In this document: piece after piece, positions 8,163-18,978 of the stretch
How the letters are laid out: each line of letters starts with the position of its first letter
Numbering within the stretch: the stretch's first letter is position 1
Sequence record: OQ708376.1
Direction: 5' to 3' (one strand)
DNA length: 64,000 bases
Notes under the pieces: generated by a model
The model's input: only the letters and a program-made list of their open reading frames with translations
Database searches by the model: none
What the model was told of the DNA's origin: nothing
Made by a program: the position numbers and the translations under genes

Positions 8163-8939
8163 ATGGCAAATAACATGATTAATAAATATGGCGTTCCTTT
8201 ACCATCGGGGCGTAATCGTTCAATGCTACAACCGAAAGCAAAATACAAGTTTCGTGTTATTGTGTATAATTTCGGTACTGATATAGATGAACGTGATCAC
8301 ATCGCATTAGATGTTGATAAAATTGATAGACCTACTGTAACATTTAGTACTCATAAACTATATCAATTTACTACTAATACTTCCTATATAGGTAGTCATG
8401 ATTGGGAACCAATTACTATATCTATACGTGATTCAGTTGGAAATGCATCAGCAAAAGCATTATCACGCCAACTACAAAAACAACTGGACTTTCAACGCAG
8501 AATAACTTCAAGAAATGACCAAGATTATGGTTCTTATAAATTTGGTTTAGTTATACAGATGTTGAGTGGTCGTAACTCAGATGATACACTAGAAAATCTA
8601 GGAAGAGATACACTAGTAGATGCTGCAACTGCTGCAACAAATAATGCTGGCTTAGTAAATGCAGTAGATCAATTTATTGGTGGTTCTTCTTATAACAGTG
8701 CTGGTGTTATGGAATACTTTGTTTTAACCGGATGTGTTATTCAAAACATATCATACGATTCATTAGACTATAGTTCAAGTTCTCCAGTTGAAATGGTAGT
8801 GACTATCAAACCAGATAATTGTATACAATTTGATAACATTGAAGAAATGTATAGTACCAGAATTAATTCACTTTTACCTGAAAATGTCAATCAAGGTTTA
8901 GATATCATTGATCGTGTTTTTGGTAGTGTAGGATTTTAA
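8163..8939 (+). CDS. second tail tube-like protein (paralogue of 7382)
   Basis: Shares YGVPL, QPKAKYKFRV, W..I....RDSVGNASAKAL and GC.I......DYSSS with the 7382 product. Confidence 0.8.
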   Translation: MANNMINKYGVPLPSGRNRSMLQPKAKYKFRVIVYNFGTDIDERDHIALDVDKIDRPTVTFSTHKLYQFTTNTSYIGSHDWEPITISIRDSVGNASAKALSRQLQKQLDFQRRITSRNDQDYGSYKFGLVIQMLSGRNSDDTLENLGRDTLVDAATAATNNAGLVNAVDQFIGGSSYNSAGVMEYFVLTGCVIQNISYDSLDYSSSSPVEMVVTIKPDNCIQFDNIEEMYSTRINSLLPENVNQGLDIIDRVFGSVGF

Positions 8940-8950
8940 GGAGATAATGA

Positions 8951-11058
<2,108 letters not shown>

Positions 11059-11085
11059 CTTAAACGACCTTATGGAGTTATTAAA

Positions 11086-11622
11086 ATGAATAGATTACAA
11101 CAAATCCTAACTGAAAAGAAACCAGTTTATGAATACCGAGTTAAGTTTGCAGTTGAACCAACACCTGAGCAACTTAGTAAAGTAACACAGCGACTAATGG
11201 ATCGCTATGATGCGTTTGAAATTGGAGCACTAAAGAAAACAATTTTTATGGAAAAACCATTAGATTTCTATGAATTAGATTGTGGTGAAATTTGGATGTT
11301 TGACTTTAAATGTCATCGTGGCGTTCAATCAAATGTACTAATGTATGAAATTGGCAATTTACTAAGCATGACAGAAGCATTGATTCGTGTTCGTAGTAAA
11401 GATGAACCTCGTCAAATTGAAATGACTGATTTGGAAGATGATATCGATTTTGATGATGTTGATGAACCAGTTATTGGAGTGGATTTTGGTAAACCAGAAG
11501 ACAGTTATGACTTAGCTGGACAACAACGTGCAAACACTGCCGTTGATGATGCAATTGAAGCATCGAAAAAAGACAATAAATACTCTCAATATATGAGTGC
11601 TGGTTTTGGTAAAAAGGATTAA
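11086..11622 (+). CDS. hypothetical protein, probably virion/head-associated
   Basis: GGAG RBS; TAAATA at 11052; N-terminal ILTE motif; acidic C-half. Confidence 0.7.
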   Translation: MNRLQQILTEKKPVYEYRVKFAVEPTPEQLSKVTQRLMDRYDAFEIGALKKTIFMEKPLDFYELDCGEIWMFDFKCHRGVQSNVLMYEIGNLLSMTEALIRVRSKDEPRQIEMTDLEDDIDFDDVDEPVIGVDFGKPEDSYDLAGQQRANTAVDDAIEASKKDNKYSQYMSAGFGKKD

Positions 11623-11625
11623 CAC

Positions 11626-12168
11626 ATGAGTATACTTAATGAAATGTTAGATTATGAAGACAATGAGTTAAATGAAGCTCGTCCTTATAGTCGTTCACAA
11701 AGTGCAGTTGATAGTGCAAAAGGAAAAGTAAAAGGCTTTTTTGGTAGTGGACAGATTGAACAAGGTGCACAAGAAGTTGGTGCTGAAGCCAACCGCTTAT
11801 GGGCAGAGTTTAAACGTTATGTTGGACGTAAATATGGTAAAGCTCAACCATCAGTACCTTACGCTGATGTGGCACAGTTTTTTAAAGGTAACAATCTTGA
11901 TATTAAACATTTAGGGAACAATCCTCGTCGTTCTTTTACACCAAAAGATGTAGGTACTGCTCTATTAAATGCTGCTCGTGATATAATGAATGACTACCGT
12001 GACCAACAAGGTGGCGAAGAAAGTTCAGAATCACAACCATCACAATCGACCTCAACTGAGCAACCAGCACAACAAGAACAACCAAAAGCACAAGGTTCCA
12101 GTATCCCTGATGCTCTACAAAAATTAAGTCCAGAGCAACGCGACCAACTGTTACGTATGCTTTCTTAA
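11626..12168 (+). CDS. putative internal head protein
   Basis: MSILNE..ELNE motifs; Q/E/S-rich linker. Confidence 0.6.
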   Translation: MSILNEMLDYEDNELNEARPYSRSQSAVDSAKGKVKGFFGSGQIEQGAQEVGAEANRLWAEFKRYVGRKYGKAQPSVPYADVAQFFKGNNLDIKHLGNNPRRSFTPKDVGTALLNAARDIMNDYRDQQGGEESSESQPSQSTSTEQPAQQEQPKAQGSSIPDALQKLSPEQRDQLLRMLS

Positions 12169-12181
12169 GGAGAATCAACAC

Positions 12182-13699
12182 ATGGATAATTTTTTCAGTA
12201 CTGAAACTACCACAGTTCCTAATGGATATGTATATACGTCACATACTGGTGCAAAATATGTATTTCTTGAAGGATTCTGGTTCAATGACAATAATATGTT
12301 AATGGTAGACCCTAGAAAATACCCATCCATGTACGCAAGTGCTCGACAACAGATTGTCGAGCACAATCTAGCTTCAAATGAATATAAGATTGGTAACAAA
12401 TATATTGTTGAAGGTAAAGAGTGTACATTTATTGGTGAAAACCGTTTCAATTCAAAAGATGGAATTCTATTAACTGAAAGTGAATTCATCACTGAATTAA
12501 TGGCAGATGATCATCGAGTATATAATGTTTCTAAAGAAACACTACAAAAAGAATGGAATGCATTAAAATTTTACATTCTTCCACCATATGCTGATGATAT
12601 ATCAATTCCAGCAGGTATGGAAGTAAGTGGTTTTAAATTTGTGCCAAAGAATCACCGTTTTGTTGATATGAAATCAGGACGAGCAGTTGATCCAGCAATG
12701 ACCCGTAAACTATCAGATGAAGGTATGCGTATTGCTCGTCAGTTAGCTTCTAAAAATAAACTAATTCCAATCAAATCAACCTTAGTTCAAGGCAATACAC
12801 GTTGTGAGTGGAATGGTAAAGAATTTTGTGATAATGATGGTAATGTAGTAATTCCAGAACAAAATGCACATGCAATTATTAATGCATATCAGCAATTTGT
12901 TAAGAATAACCCAAGTGATTTTCCTACATTAACGGGTGAACAAGAACATAGTGAGCAACGTTTTGGTTCAGGTGAAAAGCCACATAAAGCTTCACACCCT
13001 GCTAAACAGCCAGTATTTGCAACTAAAGAATCAATTAATGAAGCAGATGAAGAAATTGAAGAATTTGAAAGCATTACTGTTCCTGACGGTTATAGAATGA
13101 CTTCTTCTAAAGGAAAAACATACGCTAAGAAAAATAACTTGTGGTATGATATCGAAAGTAAAAAGCAACTTAACACAAGTGCTTCTAAAAGTGTTGAACG
13201 AGCAGCACAGCGTGATATTTTCCGTCATAACAATTCCGGTGCTATGAAAATCGGTACAAAAGTTAAATCCAAACAAGGCAAAGAATATTCGTATGTTGGT
13301 GGTGACAGATTCATTAGTGCTGATGGTAAGTTTATACCAAAAGCAACTGCTGCTAAATTACTTGCCAAATATGAACAAGATAAAGAAGTTAAAAGTGATG
13401 AAACACCTGAAGTAGACTCTGGTACTGAGCAAATTCAATCAAAAGAAGAACCTAAGAAAGAACCAGAATCTGAACAAAAACCAGACGAAGTTTCTGAACC
13501 AGAAACTAAATCTGAAACAATTGCTGGTGATGATGTACAATCATTAGCTTCTAAAATTAAAGAGTCACCTTATGCTAAAAAAATCACAGTACTACTAACT
13601 CGTGGTGATGAGGTTTCTCTACTTGCTGCTGACATTTTACTTTCAGGTAAAAAGGATGAAACAGTGCAAATTTTAAAATCATTAAATAATAATGATTGA
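12182..13699 (+). CDS. putative internal head protein with repeated beta modules
   Basis: Repeats of VPxGY..TS..G..Y....W and IG.K....GK.Y.F.G..RF.S.DG; E/K/P-rich linker; LTE/ITE/INE motifs. Confidence 0.6.
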   Translation: MDNFFSTETTTVPNGYVYTSHTGAKYVFLEGFWFNDNNMLMVDPRKYPSMYASARQQIVEHNLASNEYKIGNKYIVEGKECTFIGENRFNSKDGILLTESEFITELMADDHRVYNVSKETLQKEWNALKFYILPPYADDISIPAGMEVSGFKFVPKNHRFVDMKSGRAVDPAMTRKLSDEGMRIARQLASKNKLIPIKSTLVQGNTRCEWNGKEFCDNDGNVVIPEQNAHAIINAYQQFVKNNPSDFPTLTGEQEHSEQRFGSGEKPHKASHPAKQPVFATKESINEADEEIEEFESITVPDGYRMTSSKGKTYAKKNNLWYDIESKKQLNTSASKSVERAAQRDIFRHNNSGAMKIGTKVKSKQGKEYSYVGGDRFISADGKFIPKATAAKLLAKYEQDKEVKSDETPEVDSGTEQIQSKEEPKKEPESEQKPDEVSEPETKSETIAGDDVQSLASKIKESPYAKKITVLLTRGDEVSLLAADILLSGKKDETVQILKSLNNND

Positions 13700-13721
13700 T
13701 AACTAAAAGGATTTATTTAAA

Positions 13722-14702
13722 ATGGCTAAAAAAATTAATGAAGCACAAGTTAAAATCGATATCGCAGGTTTAGAATCTGATGATTTGGAAACTCTATCAC
13801 GTATGTTAGCTCTTGCTGGTCAAGCTGAACGTCAAGACCCAGTAGTTGCCGCTCCAGTACCATCTATGGGGTCTATGACTCCATCTCTTCCACCTATTGC
13901 TCCACTAGATCTCGATTCTATTGGTGCTGAAGAAGAAATTGGTGGAATTGAAACTTCAGTTGAAGACCCACTAGCAGCGGCAGTTGATGATCTTTCCGCT
14001 GATGTTGGTGATTTTGGTGCTGACACAGATGAAGTTAGTATGGATGCTGAATTTTCAGAACCAGGTGTAGAAGGTGAAGAAGATTTTTCTCTTGACCTTA
14101 GTGGTCAACCTCAACTAGAATCAGTTGAAGAAGACGATGAGGAAGAAGAAGAAATTATTGAAGAAGAATTCGATTTTAGTCGTATGCTATCTCTTGCTGG
14201 TATTAACGAAGAAGAAGACGAAGATTTTTCAGTAGAGGGTAATCCTGCTACCGATAAAGAAATGAAAGATACCCAATTTCTACCAGATCTAAGTATCTCT
14301 GAAGATGAAGAACCATCTAACAGTACTGATTATGGTCCATATGAAACAGAAGCTGATGCCGTTCGTGATGGTCAACTAAAGACTAATGGTGTTGAAGGTG
14401 ACCATTTTGTTGTAATTGCAAAAGGCAATCAATTTTATTGGAGACGTGTTGTAGATGAAGATCTTGACAATCGTCCAGAACCTGAGTATTATGATAATGA
14501 AGGGAACGAAAATCGTGTTCATAAATTTGAACCAAAATTCCCAGGCACTGCATTAGGAGATAACCCACTAAATGTTAATGAAAGTGAAGAAGATGATTCA
14601 CCTGAAGGTAACATTGACTTGGAAGATGATTCTGATGAAGAAGTAGAAGATATTTTTGAAAGTCTCCAAGAAAAATACAAGAAATTTTTAGGAGACAAAT
14701 AA
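13722..14702 (+). CDS. highly acidic protein, putative prohead core/scaffold
   Basis: Very high D/E content; KINE, GINE, SISE, NVNE and IFE motifs. Confidence 0.6.
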   Translation: MAKKINEAQVKIDIAGLESDDLETLSRMLALAGQAERQDPVVAAPVPSMGSMTPSLPPIAPLDLDSIGAEEEIGGIETSVEDPLAAAVDDLSADVGDFGADTDEVSMDAEFSEPGVEGEEDFSLDLSGQPQLESVEEDDEEEEEIIEEEFDFSRMLSLAGINEEEDEDFSVEGNPATDKEMKDTQFLPDLSISEDEEPSNSTDYGPYETEADAVRDGQLKTNGVEGDHFVVIAKGNQFYWRRVVDEDLDNRPEPEYYDNEGNENRVHKFEPKFPGTALGDNPLNVNESEEDDSPEGNIDLEDDSDEEVEDIFESLQEKYKKFLGDK

Positions 14703-14703
14703 T

Positions 14704-15099
14704 ATGCAATATAATTATCGTGAACTAGTTGAAGCGTTAGACGAAATTACCGGAAGAGATGAAGACGAAAGTTTTTCAGTTGAAGTTGAATCCGATGTTG
14801 TAGCAGTTGATGTTCTTAAGGATATTACCAAATGTCTTATTGATATTGTTGATAAGATTAAATCTGGTGAAGACCAAAAAGAAATTGTAGATAAACTACA
14901 AAAAGCCTGTGACATTTTGTCTGACATTCGATATAATGATGAAAGTACTGAAGTTGCTGATGAAGAAGTGTTGGAAGCCATTGCAGGTTGTTTTGGAACT
15001 GAAGGTATGGGACCATCAATTGACAAAGAAGGCGTACAACACTATAATGAGCCTGGTGCACCATCTTATGCTGCACGTCAAGGTTTTGTTGGAGACTAA
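14704..15099 (+). CDS. acidic hypothetical protein
   Basis: 131 aa; translationally coupled to the previous gene. Confidence 0.7.
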   Translation: MQYNYRELVEALDEITGRDEDESFSVEVESDVVAVDVLKDITKCLIDIVDKIKSGEDQKEIVDKLQKACDILSDIRYNDESTEVADEEVLEAIAGCFGTEGMGPSIDKEGVQHYNEPGAPSYAARQGFVGD

Positions 15100-15102
15100 T
15101 AT

Positions 15103-15483
15103 ATGTTTCCAGAACCATCACATAACAGTACTGAATATCAAAATAATGTACTTTCCAAAGTTAGGGAAGTACATGAATCAGATTCAGAAATAACAGACCG
15201 TATGCTTCTGATGTCAATTTTTGAAAATTTCAGAACTGGCGGTGGTTTACGTCTTAGCAAGTTTGGGTATGGAATTTGTAAAGAAAATAATCTTTATGAA
15301 TTTACCAAAATCCCCTTGCAAAGAGAATTTAAAAGTTCTATAATGTTTACATCACTTGACAGAATATGTACTTCACCTTATTATGTTGAAGGTCAGTACA
15401 TATATCTGACAGATGCAATGATAATAACTGAATTAACATTGTGTTGTGATGATTTTAAACAGTTATTTTCTATTCATATGTAA
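15103..15483 (+). CDS. hypothetical protein
   Basis: 126 aa; GGAG RBS; GLRLS...LDR...PYY pattern. Confidence 0.7.
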   Translation: MFPEPSHNSTEYQNNVLSKVREVHESDSEITDRMLLMSIFENFRTGGGLRLSKFGYGICKENNLYEFTKIPLQREFKSSIMFTSLDRICTSPYYVEGQYIYLTDAMIITELTLCCDDFKQLFSIHM

Positions 15484-15506
15484 GAAAAATGAATTAAAAA
15501 TAAATG

Positions 15507-15534
15507 TTGACAAGATAGAATGATGTGATACAAT
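15507..15534 (+). promoter_or_regulatory. sigma70-like early promoter P1
   Basis: TTGACA-N16-TACAAT with extended TG and an A-rich upstream region. Confidence 0.75.
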
Positions 15535-15599
15535 AAGCATCAGACATAAAGTTTTCAAGCGACACAAGATGTGAGTTTGAAAAAAAAGAAAAAAAGTGA

Positions 15600-15627
15600 T
15601 TGACAAGTTGAAACGATGTGATATAAT
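15600..15627 (+). promoter_or_regulatory. sigma70-like early promoter P2
   Basis: TTGACA-N16-TATAAT with extended TG and an A-tract UP-like element. Confidence 0.8.
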
Positions 15628-15688
15628 GTTCACATCAAGACAGCAAAGAGATTTACCTTTTAAACACACGGATGATTCATGAAGTAAC

Positions 15689-15735
15689 AAAGGAACTGAT
15701 AAGTTAAATTATTTTAACACAGTTCCTTTACTTTT
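15689..15735 (+). terminator. long hairpin / terminator
   Basis: AAAGGAACTG(15689-15698)...CAGTTCCTTT(15720-15729) with inner stem GTTAAA/TTTAAC, then ACTTTT. Confidence 0.6.
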
Positions 15736-15755
15736 GCCCACGGATTGGCTATAAT
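15727..15755 (+). promoter_or_regulatory. sigma70-like promoter P3 for the AAA+ gene
   Basis: TTTACT-N17-TATAAT, 41 nt before ATG 15797. Confidence 0.55.
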
Positions 15756-15796
15756 AGAAACTTAAACGATTTTATCCAACAAAAGGAAATATATAC

Positions 15797-17122
15797 ATGA
15801 CTACTCAAAACGATATCCTGAACGTTAAACTGACTCCAAAGAAAGCTAAAGAAGCAATGGCACTAGCTGACATGATTCAAGATAGCCTGATGATTTGGGG
15901 TAGCCCAGGTATCGGTAAGTCTGCAATCGCTCGTCAATACGCTGATGAAAATTACCCACTGCGTAAAGATAACGTAGCTAAAATCGAGTTCATGAAACAA
16001 CAAATCGAAGCTGACCCTGAAAATGCTGATCAGCTACGCCGTGAACTGGCTGCATTTGAAGCAAAACTAATCGACCAAGATACTAACTTTATCGATTTCC
16101 GTTTGTCTCAAATCGAACCAAGTGACCTTCGCGGTATTCCAGTACCAGAGAAGCTTTTCCGTAAAACTGACGGTTCTCTTCTGAAAGAATCTGAGCTTGC
16201 CGAAGCAAAAGATTATGTAGCTGAAACTGCGGTAGTATGGGCTGCACCTAAAGTTCTGAAATTGTCCGAAGATTGGAAAGGTGTTATTCTGTTTGACGAA
16301 ATTAACTCTGCAATGCCTATTGTTCAGGCAGCGTCTTATCAGCTAATCCTCGACCGTTGTGTTGGTGAGATGAAGCTACCTAAGACTGCACTGATTCTTG
16401 CAGCAGGTAACCGTGAAACTGATGGCGGTGTAACTTTCTCTCTTGCTACACCACTGCGTGACCGTATGACTCACATTGAGATGATTCCTTATCATCAAGA
16501 TTGGATTAACGATTATGCGATTGCAAAACGTTTGAACCCAGCAACTGTTGCGTTCATCAACAACACTGGTTCTAAGTACTTTAACACACTTAGTCCACAA
16601 GATCCTTCTCACAGTGGTGGTACTTCTCCACGTTCATGGGAAGCAGTAGCACGCTACGAAGATCTCAAGAAAACTAAGACAATTGATAAAGAAGTGTTCC
16701 GTGCAATGATTGCTGGTCGTGTTGGTGAAGGTGTTGCAACTGAATACATTGAGTACGTTGAGAACGTTGCTAAATTACCAGATACTATGTCTATTCTGTC
16801 TGGTGAAATCAAAGAAATCGACGCAACGCTGGATATTTCTGCGAACTACTTTATCACTCTGAACTTGGTTTATAAAATTATCGACCTGTTCAATGAGAAG
16901 CAAGAACAACGTCTACCAGTGGAAGAATGGGGTAAACTGTGTAACAACTTCATCACCTTCCTAGACCATAACTTCTCTGCAACTCAAGCAGAACTGGCAG
17001 TACTGGCAATTCGTACCATCACGCTTCATAAGGTTGCGATTTCCATTAAAGATGTACCAGCGTTTAAAGATTTCATCGCTAAGTACTCTGATCTTGTACG
17101 TAAAGCACGCTCTCTTGGCTAA
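15797..17122 (+). CDS. MoxR/dynein-related AAA+ ATPase (AAA_5-type)
   Basis: Walker A WGSPGIGKS; DFRLSQIEPSDLRGIP; Walker B ILFDEINSA; sensor AAGNRETD; arginine finger PLRDRM; SPRSWE. Confidence 0.9.
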   Translation: MTTQNDILNVKLTPKKAKEAMALADMIQDSLMIWGSPGIGKSAIARQYADENYPLRKDNVAKIEFMKQQIEADPENADQLRRELAAFEAKLIDQDTNFIDFRLSQIEPSDLRGIPVPEKLFRKTDGSLLKESELAEAKDYVAETAVVWAAPKVLKLSEDWKGVILFDEINSAMPIVQAASYQLILDRCVGEMKLPKTALILAAGNRETDGGVTFSLATPLRDRMTHIEMIPYHQDWINDYAIAKRLNPATVAFINNTGSKYFNTLSPQDPSHSGGTSPRSWEAVARYEDLKKTKTIDKEVFRAMIAGRVGEGVATEYIEYVENVAKLPDTMSILSGEIKEIDATLDISANYFITLNLVYKIIDLFNEKQEQRLPVEEWGKLCNNFITFLDHNFSATQAELAVLAIRTITLHKVAISIKDVPAFKDFIAKYSDLVRKARSLG

Positions 17123-17136
17123 TTAACAAAGAGTTG

Positions 17137-17171
17137 TTGACAAGAAGGATGCCTAATGGTATCCTTCTTTT
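17137..17171 (+). promoter_or_regulatory. overlapping terminator and sigma70-like promoter
   Basis: Hairpin AAGAAGGATGCC-TAAT-GGTATCCTTCTT plus TT coincides with TTGACA(17137)-N17-TATCCT(17160), which has an extended TG. Confidence 0.6.
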
Positions 17172-17196
17172 ATCTTAACTAAACGAGGAAATATAC

Positions 17197-18621
17197 ATGT
17201 CAGATAACAAATCTACTTCAAGATTCAATGAAGTATCTCCGGCACTCCAGAAAGAATGTCAAGAACGTCTGGTTCTGGCTCGTACATCTTTGATGTTAAC
17301 TGCACCATTCTTTGGTGTACTCGCTTCACGTTTACGTCCAGTTCCTAATAATACATGGTGTCGTACTCTAGCAGTGGATGGTAAACATCTATTCTACAAC
17401 GTAGAATTTGTAATGGGCATTCAAGACCCATCTAAAAAGAAAGAATATGAAGAAGCTATTCGTGAAAAGCACCCTGAAGTTACAGACGAACAATTAAAAG
17501 AAATGACTGAAGGTTTGACTGATGAAAACCTTGTTGCTGTAATTTGTCATGAAATTCTACACTGTGCTTACGATCACTTCCTTCGTCGTGGTATGCGTGA
17601 TCCACAACGTTATAACCGTGCAGCGGATTATGCCATTAACCAAATCATCGTTCGTGAGAAAATTGGGAAAATCCAAAGTTCATGGTTGTATGATAAAAAA
17701 TATGAAGGCATGACCGCAGAAGAGATTTACATTCTTCTTGAAGAAGAAGAACAAAAAGAAGATGGTGAAGGTGAAGGTCAACCACAAAGTGGCGGCGGTG
17801 AAGGTGAAGGTAAAAATCGCGGTACTTTTGGCGATATTAAAGATGGTAAGGGTAAACCAAAAGGTACTACCATTGACCAGCATGACGTTCCACAAGAAGG
17901 TCAAGAGGGTGGTTCAAGTGAACAGCAAAAACGTGATTACATGGATGATTTCAAAACAGCAATGATGAATGCTGCTCGTGCAGGTGGTACACCAGCAGAA
18001 ATCGCTCGTATGATTAACAACTTTAAAGAACCAAAGATTGACTGGCGTTCAAAACTTCAACGTACACTTCGTAGTTGGTTGAAGTCTGATGCAACATATC
18101 AAAATCCGAATCGTCGTTCTTGGGGTGCAGGTTTTGGTTCTAATGGCTCATTCTATGGTAATCCAATTTACCCAGGGATGAAACCAGATGATGATATTGA
18201 TATTGCGATTGCACTAGATGCTTCTGGGTCTATTTCTGAAGATATGCTTCGTGATTTCATTAGTGAAGTTCTTGGCATCACTAAACAATTCAAACAGTTT
18301 AAGATTCGTATCATGACTTTTGATACTGAAGTTTATACTGTAAAGGATTACAAAACTGGCGAAGAACGTAAGATTCTGGAATATCCAGTAAAAGGTGGTG
18401 GTGGTACTGACTTTGAAGCAGTATGGGTTCATATGAAGAACGACAACTACAAGCCTAAACAGCTTGTAATGTTTACTGATGGTGAACCGTGGCAGTCATG
18501 GGGTGATCCAAACTACTGTAAAACACTGTTCGTGATTCACAGTAACCCAAATAAAGTTGCACCATTTGGTGAGACTGTACACTACGAATATGAAGCTGAT
18601 AAAAAGCGTCAACGTAGTTAA
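17197..18621 (+). CDS. HExxH metallopeptidase-like domain plus C-terminal VWA domain (DUF2201-type)
   Basis: APFFG, TLAVDG, VICHEILHC (HExxH), N.AADYAIN; G/E-rich linker; MIDAS DASGS, GGGGTDF, FTDG. Confidence 0.9.
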   Translation: MSDNKSTSRFNEVSPALQKECQERLVLARTSLMLTAPFFGVLASRLRPVPNNTWCRTLAVDGKHLFYNVEFVMGIQDPSKKKEYEEAIREKHPEVTDEQLKEMTEGLTDENLVAVICHEILHCAYDHFLRRGMRDPQRYNRAADYAINQIIVREKIGKIQSSWLYDKKYEGMTAEEIYILLEEEEQKEDGEGEGQPQSGGGEGEGKNRGTFGDIKDGKGKPKGTTIDQHDVPQEGQEGGSSEQQKRDYMDDFKTAMMNAARAGGTPAEIARMINNFKEPKIDWRSKLQRTLRSWLKSDATYQNPNRRSWGAGFGSNGSFYGNPIYPGMKPDDDIDIAIALDASGSISEDMLRDFISEVLGITKQFKQFKIRIMTFDTEVYTVKDYKTGEERKILEYPVKGGGGTDFEAVWVHMKNDNYKPKQLVMFTDGEPWQSWGDPNYCKTLFVIHSNPNKVAPFGETVHYEYEADKKRQRS

Positions 18622-18633
18622 GTACTAAATAAT

Positions 18634-18663
18634 GAGAACGGAAAATTCCGTTCTCTTCTTTTA
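18634..18663 (+). terminator. intrinsic terminator after the VWA gene
   Basis: GAGAACGG-AAAATT-CCGTTCTC followed by TTCTTTT. Confidence 0.85.
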
Positions 18664-18668
18664 TAAGT

Positions 18669-18696
18669 GGGACAACTTATAAAAATATGATATAAT
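18669..18696 (+). promoter_or_regulatory. early-type promoter
   Basis: GGGACA-N16-TATAAT with TG extension; same geometry as P1, P2 and the clpA promoter. Confidence 0.5.
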
Positions 18697-18730
18697 AGTT
18701 AATGTACCAATATACATGGAGAGTATTAAA

Positions 18731-18976
18731 ATGGAACAAGAAAATAATCAAATTCAACTAACCCTTCTAGACCTAATCAATGCTGCAAAAATCATGGAAG
18801 CTGCTGTTGCACGAAACACCTTTAAAGTTGAAGAACTTGTTGAGGTTGCTCCAGTTGTATCTAAATTTGTTTCTTTTGCAAATGTAGCTCTTGAAGATAT
18901 TAAAGCACAAGAAGATGCAGCTAAAGAAGAAGCTGAATCACAAGATAGTGAAACTCAAGAAGATAAAGGAGAATAA
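18731..18976 (+). CDS. hypothetical acidic protein
   Basis: GGAG RBS before ATG 18731 (the track starts at 18716). Confidence 0.75.
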   Translation: MEQENNQIQLTLLDLINAAKIMEAAVARNTFKVEELVEVAPVVSKFVSFANVALEDIKAQEDAAKEEAESQDSETQEDKGE

Positions 18977-18978
18977 TT

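Noticed and set aside
15679-15687. ATG-AAG-TAA minigene in the putative sRNA region
   Set aside because: No convincing Shine-Dalgarno, and such triplets arise readily by chance in AT-rich DNA.
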